In this document: one piece after another, positions 1 through 11,483 of the stretch
Position numbering within the stretch: position 1 is the stretch's first letter
Layout: the number at the start of each line of letters is the position of its first letter
Assembly (NCBI GenBank): GCA_035221665.1
Contig: CM069164.1
Span: 14,694,001 to 14,758,000, forward strand
Source: Okamejei kenojei
Taxonomy: Eukaryota
Reading direction: 5' to 3'
DNA length: 64,000 nt
Program-made: the position numbers and the translations under genes
Notes under the pieces: model-generated
Databases searched by the model: none
What the model was told of the DNA's origin: nothing
What the model saw: the letters and a program-made list of their open reading frames with translations, nothing else

Positions 1-101
1 TTCTTCCTTGCATATGAATTATTTTTCACCATCCTTGCTCTAATATCTGACTTTATTTTAATGCAACACTCAGAATTATATGAGTGTTGCATCTCAGAAT
101 T

Positions 102-231
102 GTCTGAAGATGGGTTTCGGCCCGAAACCTTGCCTATCTCCTTCACTCCATAGATGTTGCTGCACCCACTGAGTTTCTCCAGCATTTTGTGTACCCTCGA
201 TTTTCCAGCATCTGCAGTTCCTTCTTTAACA
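102..231 (+). mobile_element. Penelope-type pLTR fragment with hammerhead-like core
   Basis: ctgaagatgggtttcggcccgaaac...gagtttctccagca; flanked by ctcagaatt at 93-101 and 232-240. Confidence 0.6.
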
Positions 232-715
232 CTCAGAATTATCTTATCTTTAAGCATTCTATATAATTAAACTAGCTTGCTTTAACTGCCCTCCGTTGCC
301 TGGACTATCTGAGGTTTCTCACAGCTTGTTCTCCCTGTTCCCCAACATAGAATATAAAACAGTGAATGTGCTTCCATCGCTTTCCCTGGATGTGCATTCC
401 GGGCCTTCACCATATCCTCCTGCAATCCTCTTGCAGACAATCTGATACCAAATCGGTTTTGGATGCAGTTTGTTGACTTGCACGTTTTCCACCAGTCTCC
501 CATGTGAACTGTGGTGGTGAAAGCTGAGACTCTCACAACATTTACGAAGCATCTGGACAAGCACTGGAATGCCATGGCATATGGGGCTACAGACCAAGTG
601 CTGGGGAATGGGATTAGAGTGGATGGGTACTTGATGGTCAGTATGGATATGATGGTCCAAAGTGCCTATTTCTGTGCTGTGACTCTTAAAGACTATGAAC
701 AGTTGCAATACTCAC

Positions 716-831
716 CTCTCAAAGTCAGAAGTTCCAATTGTTTTATCCCCTTTTAGGATGGTGTGGCTGAGAAACCTTTCCTGGACTGTCGTCAATTTAT
801 TGGCCAACAGCATATCCAATGCAGTGAGAAT
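716..831 (-). CDS. STRC: Stereocilin-family exon 9 (ILTALDMLLANKLTTVQERFLSHTILKGDKTIGTSDFER); gene continues beyond the left edge
   Basis: catttaccag|...AG|gtgagt, 116 bp, open frame, phase 0/2. Confidence 0.82.
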
Positions 832-1205
832 CTGGTAAATGACAGAAAAGTTTATGCCTCATTGTGTAAATGTATTTCAGAGATTTCCATCCATTACGAA
901 TGAAATTCAAAAGTTAGTTGACTTATAGACACTGGAAGTGCAACAGTAAGTGACTGACAAAAATAGCATAATAAATATTTTTTTTGTGTGTGAAGAAAAG
1001 GTGAAGGTTCTGTGGATGGCAGCATTTGCAAGGTATGGTGTGGGGGAACATTTACACAAGGGGCATTCATGGAGGAGGATTTGCACAGGGATTTGCATTG
1101 GAGCAAATTTGTATAAAATCTGTATCTTAATCTTTCTCCCGATATTCATTTTTACTGTTATCTTGTTTCTCTTAATACAACGTTAAGAGTGGAAAGAATC
1201 AAACA

Positions 1206-1380
1206 AAACATAGAAACATAGAAACATAGAAAATAGGTGCAGGAGTAGGCCATTCGGCCCTTCGAGCCTGCACCGCTATTCAATATGATCATGGCTGATC
1301 ATCCAACTCAGTATCCTGTACCTGCCTTCTCTCCATAACCCCCTGATCCCTTTAGCCACAAAGGGCCACATCTAACTTCC
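1206..1380 (-). mobile_element. CR1-clade (HER1-like) LINE 3' end with (catagaaa)n tail
   Basis: aacatagaaacatagaaacatagaaaataggtgcaggagtaggccattcggccc; near-identical to 36984-37140. Confidence 0.8.
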
Positions 1381-1610
1381 TCGACTAAAGGACCCCAATT
1401 CTCAACTACTTAATTAGTGACATTAGAGTATGTATATCCTGGGTCCATTGCAGTACCCTGATGATAGTTCATTCTCGACCATACTGGTTAATTCCATTGA
1501 TCGTAGAGATGTGACCAACTTCTACCATAAAGTCTACAACAGAGCCAGCCAAGAGGGTGAGTAAACTGGAAAGTTGCCTGTCCATGGAACCTGAGGTCTA
1601 CTCTCCATTG

Positions 1611-1756
1611 AGGGTACACAAAAGGCTGTAGAAACTCAGCGGGTGCAGCAGCATCTAAGGAGCGAAGGGGATAGGCGACGTTTCGGGTCGAGACCCTTCT
1701 TCAGGGTCTCGACCTGAAACGTCTACTCCTCCTGCTTTCTCCTTCTTTCTCCTCCT
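1611..1756 (-). mobile_element. Penelope-type pLTR fragment with internal inversion and 15-bp TSD
   Basis: gtctactctccattg at 1596-1610 and 1757-1771; core CTGAAGAAGGGTCTCGACCCGAAACGTC on the minus strand. Confidence 0.65.
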
Positions 1757-2133
1757 GTCTACTCTCCATTGTTCTGTCTGACCATCATGCCTCAAATATC
1801 ATACATCATACTCTCCCACCATGTCTCTGGTTTCTCACATCCCTGTTCAGATGCTAGTCTCTAAAATGAAATCCAGTTAATGAACTGAATCAATTCAGAC
1901 TGGCTGTCTGAATGACTGGCTTCATGCTTCTTCCGACAGGTGGCCATTCATTCCCTGTTCAGATTTCTGTGTATGTGTAAGCCCTGGCTGAGCAATTTAC
2001 ATTCTCATCTCCGTGCTATTTGTGGAATCTTCCTTCCTAGATTTCTCCCACATTACGTGCATCAGAAATACTTCAAGAACTGCAAAATACTTTGAGTTAT
2101 CCCGAGTAATGCATGTTCCTTCTCTTACAGTAC

Positions 2134-2320
2134 CTGTGTACGGGACAGAAGCTGAAAGCTCTCAAACGGCAGGTATGCTAGCAGGTTACTGACATGGGTC
2201 AGGAACATCAGGGGCCAAGCCGACACACTGCTATAACTCCCTGATGCCAGGATCCACTGGACGAAGGCTGTCTTCTGGTCATCAGACAGCTTCCCAGAAA
2301 TCTGGTTGACCACAGCCATC
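2134..2320 (-). CDS. STRC: Stereocilin-family exon 8 (MAVVNQISGKLSDDQKTAF...VSAWP...LPFESFQLLSRTQ)
   Basis: ttttttattccag|...CAG|gtactg, 187 bp, phase 2/0; resembles human MRPEQKEALA...VPAWP...LPLENFLQLSPHQ. Confidence 0.9.
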
Positions 2321-3807
2321 CTGGAATAAAAAACATAACATAAAAACATAACATAAAATCATAAGTGAATGAGATGGGTGTTGTGCCCTGGATACCAGTC
2401 AATAGCTCAGCATAATTGCAAAGCACTTGAGTGATCAAAGTAAATGCATCTGCCTTAAAGCCATAGCATCTAGAGATTTATAGAACTGAAGGATAGATCA
2501 GCTATTAGTTGCTAAGGAATATATAAACTAATCTAATTCCAAACTCCCTACAACATATCAAAAGTTTTTTTTAATATGATCAGGGTCTTTATCATCATTG
2601 TTCGGGTAAGGTTCCATATCCCTCCATCTCGGAATGAAAACATGCAAACCTTAGCTCCCTTCAACATCTCTACCAATTAGGTTAATCTATGCCTCAGTTT
2701 CTTGTACAACCGGCCCTGAATCAGCTACCAATAATAAGAGATCACAATTTAGAAGCAAAGAAACCAAGAATTTGAAATGAAAACAGCAAAAAACCTGGAG
2801 ATACTCAGCAGTCCAGGCAGCATTTGTGGAGGGAGAAAATGTGAACCATTCAGGTTGAAGACCTTTCATGACAGACCTGAAGCATTATTTATTTTTATCT
2901 TCTCAGATGCCTTCTGACTGAGAATTTCCATGAATTTCTTCTTTTTATATATATAAAAATCACAATAATATTTAATGTTGGATGAAACCGGGTTTGAGTT
3001 GCAACATGTTCATGGAATATGAAGCATCTTCACCCCAAGTGCTGCTATAATATCTTTTAAAATATTTACACCTTATCACATAAAAAAACCACAAAGTGGA
3101 TCACCACAGACTAAGGAAAAATTATGATTCAGAAGGAAACCTGTCTGATCTGTGTCAGTCTAATCCAGCCTTCCAGTATTATATTCGTAATCCCGCAGGT
3201 CACGACTTCAAGTAATATATCAAAGAACCATTTAAATGAACATTTCTGCCTCTCCCACTCTTTCCTGTCACAAGTTCTCAAGCGCTACAAGGTTGTGTGT
3301 GAAAATATTTTTCCTCATCTTTCTCTAATCCTCTCACCAATTACTTCACTCTGTGCTCCTGTGTTTTAGCCTATCTGCTAAGGGAAATTTACTTTGTCCC
3401 TGCTTTTACACATCAACAGTCAATTCAAAGCTGTACGATAGTGACAACCCGAATGAAATTGGTAAGACTTTAAAATTCTTCAAAGTCAATGTAAAAAAAG
3501 TGATCCAGAAAAGTAGTTCATAATTAATCTTAAATTCAATTGCCCATTGAAAATCTGTTGCACTTGAATTAGAACCAAATTATCTTATGATTTGAATGAA
3601 ATAACCGAGCTAAATGGGAACTCAATGCCTAAAAAATTCAATGGATCAGGTAATTTTAATTTGGAAAAGTTAGAATTTTGTTATAAAGCATTAAAGCAAT
3701 CTGTATGCATCAGTTCCTACAAACAAATGTTGTGTGAAAAGGAGGGAAATAATCAAACAAAGGCATTAACTAAAGATCTTTAGCTGTTGAAGATACGTGT
3801 GACGCAC

Positions 3808-3962
3808 ACTTCCTCCTTGTCCAGGGTCAGCGGTAGTGCTCTGATTTCAGACGTTGACAAGTGAGGTACAAAGTGAACAAATTCTTGGAACATATTTGGG
3901 TCAACGAGCAGTATTCTGTTGAAGAAGACCAACGCCAGAATCCTCTTCAAATCTTCCGGAAT
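3808..3962 (-). CDS. STRC: Stereocilin-family exon 7 (IPEDLKRILALVFFNR...FVHFVPHLSTSEIRALP...)
   Basis: ttccaatttcag|...GT|gtgcgt, 155 bp, phase 0/2; resembles human [21 protein letters not shown]. Confidence 0.87.
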
Positions 3963-5074
3963 CTGAAATTGGAAGAAATATTGTAAAACTATAAATCATT
4001 TAAAAATCGTATTTATTCCAAAACAAATGTCCGTTTTTGGTTTACATTTAGTATTTAATAGTTTAATTGTTCTTATCATTTTGATAGGCCTCTTTCACTG
4101 ACTAGCTCTCCTTACAAATAAAATGTTCTCATTTTCCTTTGTTGAATAATGTCAATTCTCAGCTTATTCTGCATGCCAGAAGTAGCTAGTTCATGACAGA
4201 GTAAACATGTTCATGATCAGTAAACTGCCAAGTCACTGATGTCCTCTAAGTAAGAGAAACAGCACCTTACAATCCCTAACGGCGATTAATGTTTTGTTGA
4301 AGAATGAAATCTCATAGGCCATGAGGGTGGCCAAGGTCACATGCAGAAGGAGAACCATCAGAATGTGCGTTATCTGTGGATCACAGCAGAGGGGTGTGGG
4401 GCAAGTCCCACCCTAGAAACATGATCACAAAAATACAGTCTGACAATCCAGTGAGGGTCCTCGGAATGTCACACAGTTGGAGAAACGTTCTTTAAGATAA
4501 CATTCAACTGAGGTTCCATCTTGGGTGATTATCAAAGACCCAGTGCCACTATTTCAAAGAAGGGAAGTGAAAGTCTCTAAGATGTCCAACTTTAATTTCA
4601 CTAGGAAGTTTAATCTTAAAATTAGAGCCAGGCCTTTTAGCAGTGGTTAGGCATTACTTCAGCACACTGGCAGAAAGAGAACATATCTGTAAACAACAAT
4701 TGATATTGGATCACGTACTAACTTTAGAAGTTAAATGAATAGATTTTTTGTTCACCAAAGGATTATCGAGAAAGGGTGAGTGAGTGATCTCAGGTCACAG
4801 ATTAGCCTTGAGCTCGTTGGATATCTGAACAACCTCTAACAGCTGCACAACATCCTTCTGGGTCCATGATTCTACTTATCCCACAGCCAACTCCACTACA
4901 ATTCATTAATTGGCCTTTGTGGAGTTTGCTCTGTGCGAGTTAGCTGGTGTTGGGAAGGGCACGATGCAAATTCATTTGCTCTAGTTCTGTCTCCTCTGAT
5001 AATAGTGGTGCGTGATTATGATAAGGTACCTTTTTGCCTTGAAATACAGTTTGGCACCAAAGTGCATTAAATGG

Positions 5075-6070
5075 ATTAGATTAGTTTATTGTCATAGTTA
5101 TCAGGGTCACATGAAGCTCATAAAGTAAAGCGCGTACATACAGCAGTGATCAATACTACAATAAATACAATGACGAGTACAAAGAGTGGTGCAAGATTTT
5201 AGTGCAAAACAATGATGGTACAATAAAGGAAATAACCCAATGAGGTAGAGTTGTGGGTGTGTGGCAGCATCTTCGAGAAAGGTTTGTGAACAAGATGATT
5301 GGCTCTGGAGTGTGATATCCGTGGGAAAGAGGTTGTTCACAAGTCGGAATCTCCAGACTTTCAAGCTCCTGTATTTTCTCCCAGAAGGTTGAAGAGGGAG
5401 TGGCCAGGGTTCCAGCTTTCCCTGATGCAACGCCCCATGTAGACTGATTAGATGGATGGAAGTGATGGACTGGGCTGTGTACAGGACTCATTGCAGGTTA
5501 AGGCAGTCAAGAGCAGAGCAGTTGCCATGTCAGACAGCGAAGTATCCCCCCAGAATACTTTCTATAGTTCATCTGTAGAAGTTCGGGAGAATACTCATGG
5601 ACCTGCCCAAATCTTCTTAGAAGCCCATGAGAAAGCACTATACTGACGTGCCTTATTGATCATCACATCAGAGTAAAGGACAAGGTTACGTTGCTAATGA
5701 TATGGATGCCTAGCTGTCCACTGTCTCTACATCAGCTCCGTTAATGAGGATAGGGTGTGTTCACCTCGTTCACTTACTTGGGTCAATAACTAAGTCATCT
5801 TGTTGACATCAAGAATTAGATTATTGCCCCGAAACCATGACTCAAGGTTCTCTATCTCTTTCCTGTACTTAGTCTCATCATTGTTGTAGATCCAACCCTC
5901 AACAGTGGTATCATGGGTGAACACAAAGACTATGTCAGCATTGTAGTTGGCCACAGTCATGGGTATGCAGGAAGTAGAGCAAGGGGTGGGAACACAACCT
6001 TGAGGTACACAAGTGTTGAAATTCAGGGTGGAGGAAATTTCATGACCAATTCTAACCTACTGAGTATGGT
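5075..6070 (-). mobile_element. Degenerate Rex1/Babar-like LINE 3' part
   Basis: ORF fragment PSGRKYRSLK...RLVNNLFP resembles the Rex1-type C-terminus; boundaries approximate. Confidence 0.6.
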
Positions 6071-6412
6071 ATTCAAGTCAACCATGATTCTGTCATTTGG
6101 ATTATTGTAATTGGAGATTATTATCATTAAATCTCATCTATCTTTCACTTTATTGCAGCCAAACCCTTTTCATCACCCCCCACCCCCTCTTTCCTTGCCT
6201 ACAAACATGCTCATAACTTGTATCTTTAACTTTTCCTAATTTTAATGTAAAATCATTAATCTGGAGCAACTCTATTTCTTTCTATACTGATGGTGTCTGG
6301 GCTGTTGAAATTTCCAGCATTCTGTGTTTAGTGCAGAAGTCATGTTTCCATTTAATGGATTGCCAACCTATCTTCAAAGGATTCAAAAGGTTTCATGTAT
6401 TAAAGCGTTTAC

Positions 6413-6523
6413 CTGCAAACTCTTCCATCTTGTATTTAGGAGGTACAGCAGCTGTTTCAGATTTTGAATGTCAATTGCAAACAGTGCCACTTGAAGATCA
6501 CTTGCAGAAAGCTTCATGTATTC
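6413..6523 (-). CDS. STRC: Stereocilin-family exon 6 (EYMKLSASDLQVALFAIDIQNLKQLLYLLNTRWKSLQ)
   Basis: cttttccaaacag|...CAG|gtaaac, 111 bp, phase 0/0; resembles human AYLHMPPENLQQLV...KLQ. Confidence 0.85.
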
Positions 6524-7915
6524 CTGTTTGGAAAAGGATAAAGAAAGATCTCTGAAAAGCACTGGAGCAGATTTCTACAGCCGGTTACTGGTGAATGAAA
6601 AAGATGGCAGCTTTCTATCAGTTGTCTTTTGAAATATGATCGATGTTGGCAATGCCAGTATTTACCATGCACCATAAACTTACGAGTCATATAGTCATAG
6701 GGCACGGAAACAGGTCCTTCGGCCCAACTTGCCCATGCCGACCAAAATGCCCCATCTATCTTAGTCCCACCTGCCCACGCTTGGTCCATATTCCTCCAAC
6801 GTTCTTTAACAGTGGTTGCAATTAAGAGGGAAGCACATTGTTAGCTCTGGAGTCACACTTATGACAGACGGGAAAGGATGGCTGATACCCTAAAGTGGAG
6901 TATGTTTGTGAAACCGATAGTTTTATTGTGACAATCCAATAGATTAATTTTACCATTACTTAGACAGTGAGTTCACTTAGTTATTTACTTACTCAATAGA
7001 ATGTGAACTCACTTCTCAGGATCAATGAGTCCAGGTGATGCACTGTGCACTAACCATTGTGAAGATCATTAGAGTGGAATCTAATGTTTCTGTTTTTAGG
7101 TGAGTTCGATGGGCATGAACCACAGAGCTGTAAGAATATGAGCCAGTTTACATCATGTGGCACCTTTAACATAGGAAACAATCTCAAGGTTTCGCACAAG
7201 AACACGACCAAACTGGAAGTGAAAACAGATATCTGGGCTGATAAGCACCACTATATGGCCACATATACCGTTACAAACAGATCTTGTTCTTAGAATTTAT
7301 CTACTGATGAGCTGATCCTTTCCAAATCTCCAGTACATTCCAGAAGATGCAAATAGAGACAAGGAACATGAACTTTGCTGGATTGGAAAAGCTCAAAAGC
7401 CATGTTTTAGATGGTTAAGGGGGTTTGATAGAATCAAATTAGTTACAATATCATGAATCTGGATAGAGAATCCAGATAAATGTCTATTTCCCACCATGGC
7501 AGCTGGGAGTCTGAATTTAGTAAATTAAATAATCTGGAATTAAAGAAAAGGATAACATCAGTAGTGGAGGTCATGAAAATCACTTCAACTAAAAGCCTAC
7601 CTGGTTCATTGACGTTCTTCAAAGGGAAATGCCATTCTTTCCTGCTCTATCCCAACAGCCGAAATCTAGCTGACTCCCAATGGTCATGTCAGCAGACGTG
7701 ATAACCACATACTATGAACGAATAAATACCCTCCCACTACACGCATTCCTGGCTGGTCAAGGCTGTAATTCAACGAAATATAGGTGGTGGTGGAAACCCA
7801 CATACTGAGCAACTGTGCACGCCAAAGCTCACAGGCAGTAGTCTGCCTGCCATACTGGATAGGGATTCAAAGCTACTGAGGTTCAGGTCATACTCAGACA
7901 ACTATCCATGTGCTG

Positions 7916-8008
7916 TAGACACAAAATGCTGGAGTAACTCAGCGGGACAGACCGCATCTTTGGAGAGAAGGAATGGGTGCGTTTCGGGTCGAGACCCTTC
8001 TTCAGACT
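7916..8008 (-). mobile_element. Penelope-type pLTR fragment
   Basis: Same family motif (gacacaaaatgctggagtaactcagcggg...tttcgggtcgagacccttcttcag). Confidence 0.65.
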
Positions 8009-8390
8009 ATCCACGTGCTGTGTTCACTGAAAAAAATACAACAATTCACACTTGTAATTGAGTCTAAGTAGCTCCTGTTTCTCTTCTGCACTTTAATTGG
8101 AATCCTAGTTGGCAACACTCCAATAAACGACGGCACTGTCTGACGTGGAATTGATTGGTGCACAGGTTGTTCAGCCCAACATTGTGCATGCTGGTATTTA
8201 TGGTCCAAAAGAGCCTTGTCCAACCCTAACCATATCTCACGTCATCAACATATTATCCCATTATTTTCTCTCTTTCATGTTTATCTTTCCCTCTTACATT
8301 TTATTTATACCTCTAAATGGTGGGCTCCTTCTTTAGTGCATATATATGTATTTAACGTTGTTAAACATCTGTTTAATGATGATACAATAC

Positions 8391-8450
8391 CTTTACCAGG
8401 CCCACACCTGAAGATCCTCCTTCCTTCTGCACCAAGTCCAATAGCACAGA
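8391..8450 (-). CDS. STRC: Stereocilin-family exon 5 (SVLLDLVQKEGGSSGVGLVK)
   Basis: tttatttcctcag|...AAG|gtattg, 60 bp, phase 0/0; resembles human [21 protein letters not shown]. Confidence 0.85.
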
Positions 8451-8518
8451 CTGAGGAAATAAACAAAAAATAACCCAGTAAAACCAATGGCATGAGTGTA
8501 AATATCAGAATGCCTATA

Positions 8519-10146
8519 CAGTGGCTTGCAAAAGTATTCATACCCCTTGAACTTTTCCACATTTTGTCATGTTACAACCACAAACGTAAATGTATTTCAT
8601 TAGGATTTTATGTGATAGACCAACACTAAAGTGGCGCATAATTGTGAAGTGGAAGGAAAATGATACATGGTTTTCAAATCTTTTTACAAATAAAAAACTG
8701 AAAACTGTGGCGTGCAAAAGTATTCAGCCCCCTTTACTCTGATACCCCTAAATAAAATCCAGTGCAACCAATTGCCTTCAGAAGTCACCTAATTAGTAAA
8801 TAGAGTCCACTTGTGTGCAATCTAATCTCAGTATAAATACAGCTGTTCTGTGAAGGCCTCGGAGGTTTGTTAGAGAACATTAGTGAACGAACAATGTTCC
8901 TTGGGCATCATGAAGCCCAAGGAACACACCAGACAGGTCAGGGATAAAGTTGTGGAGAAGTTTAAAGCAGGGTTAGGTTATAAAAAATATCCCAAGCTTT
9001 GAACATCTCACGGAGCACTGTTCAATCCATCATCCCAACATGGAAAGAGTATGGCACAACTGCAAACCTACCAAGACATGGCCGTCCACCTAAACTGACA
9101 GGCCGGGCAAGGAGAGCATTGATCAGAGAAGCAGCCAAGAGGCCCATGGTAACTCTGGAGGAGCTGCAGAGATCCACAGCTCAGGTGGGAGATTCTGTCC
9201 ACAGGGCAACTATTAGTCATGCACTCCACAAATCGGGTCTTTATGGAAGAGTGGCAGGAAGAAAGCCATTGTTGAAACAAAGCCATAAGAAGTCCCGTTT
9301 GCAGTTTGTCACAAGCCTTGTGGGGGACACAGCAAACATGTGGAGGAAGGTGCTCTGGTCTGATGAGATCAAAATGGAAGTTTTTGGCATAAATGCAAAA
9401 CGCTGTGTGTGGTGGAAAACTAACACTGCACATCACCCTGAACACACCATCCCCACTGTGAAACATGGTGGTGGCAGCATCATGCTGTGGGGATGCTTTT
9501 CTTCAGCAGGGATAGGGAAGCTGGTCAGAGTTGATGGGAAGATGGATGGAGCCAAATACTGGGCAATCTTGGAAGAAAACCTGTTAGAGTCTGCAAAAGA
9601 CTTGAGACTGGGGCGGAGGTTCACCTTCCAGCAGGACAACAACCCTAAATATACAGCCAGAGCTACAATGGAATGGTTTAGATCAAAGCATATTCATGTG
9701 TTAGAATGGCCCAGTCAAAGTCCAGACCTAAATCCAATTGCGAATCTCTGGCAAGACTTGAAAATTGCTGTTCACAGACACTCTCCATCCTATCTGACTG
9801 AGCTTGAGCTATTTTGCAAAGAACAATGGGTAAAAATGTCAGTCTCTAGATGTGCAAAGCTGGTAAAGACATACCCCAAAAGACTTGCAGCTGTAATTGC
9901 AGTGAAAGGTGGTTCTACAAAGTATTGACTCAGGGGGGCTGAATACTTTTGCATGCCACACTTTTCAGTTTTTTATTTGTAATAAAATTTGGAAACCATG
10001 TATCATTTTCCTTCCACTTCATAATTATGCACCACTTTGTGTTGGTCTATCACATAAAATCCCAATAAAATACATTTACGTTTGTGGTTGTAACGTGGCA
10101 AAATGTGGAAAAGATCAAGGGGTATGAATAATTTTGCAAACCACTG
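8519..10146 (+). mobile_element. Full-length Tc1/mariner DNA transposon, Passport-like (IR/DR type)
   Basis: TA|cagtggcttgcaaaagtattca ... tgaataattttgcaaaccactg|TA. ~215-bp TIRs with an inner direct repeat (aaaagtattcagcccc) and a transposase ending KGGSTKY. Confidence 0.96.
8910..9928 (+). pseudogene. Tc1 DD34E transposase with a 1-bp frameshift at ~8987 and the catalytic E replaced by A
   Basis: ATG 8910 gives MKPKEHTRQVRDKVVEKFKAGLGYKK, which shifts frame into ORF 8999..9928 (GRPPK, WSDE, QQDN, SPDLNPIANLW). Confidence 0.93.
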
Positions 10147-11483
10147 TACATTAACTCCAGTTAGCGAGTGAGGGATATAGCCTTGTGGAAGCTCACAAAA
10201 CAAAAAAGAGTTTACAGAGTTTACTTATGGATGATCAGCCATGATCACAATTAATGGTGGTGCTGGCTCGAAGGGCCGAATGGCCTCCTCCTGCACCTAT
10301 TTTCTATGTTTCTATGCTTCTAAATGTTTCTGTTAACCATGACTGAAACAATTGCGATGCCTCCCAATTAATGCAGGCTCAATTTTTCATCAAAATACAT
10401 GGTGAGAATAGCTGCACAAAATAATTAATGCCTGTCGCTTACTGTAGTGTGGTCTCCAGGTCACCCAATTACCTCCACTCTGGCCAGCAAATGCAACCAG
10501 TAAATATCAAGTTAGGAACTGGGGAGTACTGCTCTGCTCTTCTTTGAATAATACCACATGATCATTCACATTCAGGTGGTGCCTTGGTTTACCATTTAAT
10601 GTACAAGGTAGCATCTCCAAAGTGTAGCACTACCTTAGATTGAGCAGGTAGATTTATCCTTGAAACTGCACCACATGAGAAATGGATGCAGCAGCAAGCT
10701 ATTCAGCCCTTCACCTGCTCCATTACACAGTAAGACCATGTCTGAACTTTTATTTCAGTGGCACTTTCCTGCATTATCTCCATAAAGATTTCCAAAGTCA
10801 AATACTCAGCAATAGGGTCTCCAGAATCCTTCGGAAGATAACTCCAAAGATTTATTAATCCCAAATAGCCAACACCTTATTTTAAGACTGTGACCTGGTT
10901 CCTAAGCTAGGGGAAACACCAACTTGCATGAACACTGTCAGGTTTGTTAAGAATGTTTCAGTGAGTTCATTTCTCATTCTTCTACAGTCCAGGGTACAGG
11001 CCCAGACTACAAGCTCCCTTGATGGGACAAACGAACCATCCTAGGAAATGATCTGGTGCACATTTACTGAACTCTATCCCAGGGATATCCTGTGATCCTC
11101 CAGCTATTGACCCAGCCACCCACTGAGAAAGCACAAATACCTCAAACTACAGTTTTAAAACGGACTAAAGTCCAGCAAAGGAATTACACGGGAGTGGATC
11201 AACAATTTTAACTTGGTTACAGGGTCCTACACGAATGATGGATGCAACCAGATCCAGAATAGGTGAACTCAAGTTCTTGAGTAAAACACAAAATGCTAGA
11301 GGAATTCAGTGGGTCAGACAGCATCTGGCCATGGAATGGACAGGACAGATGATGTTTTGGGTTAGAAGTCTTCTTCAGATTAGAGAAGTCCAAGTTCTTG
11401 TATTGAGCAAGACTGTGAGTAGTCAGTGAAAGCAATGCCGTGTAAGGAACTAGCTGGGTCATTAACAGGGCAGTATCCCTTAC

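Noticed and set aside
61-92. 12-bp perfect hairpin atgcaacactca/tgagtgttgcat
   Set aside because: Adjacent to a retro-insertion junction and shares its target sequence; likely a template-switch by-product.
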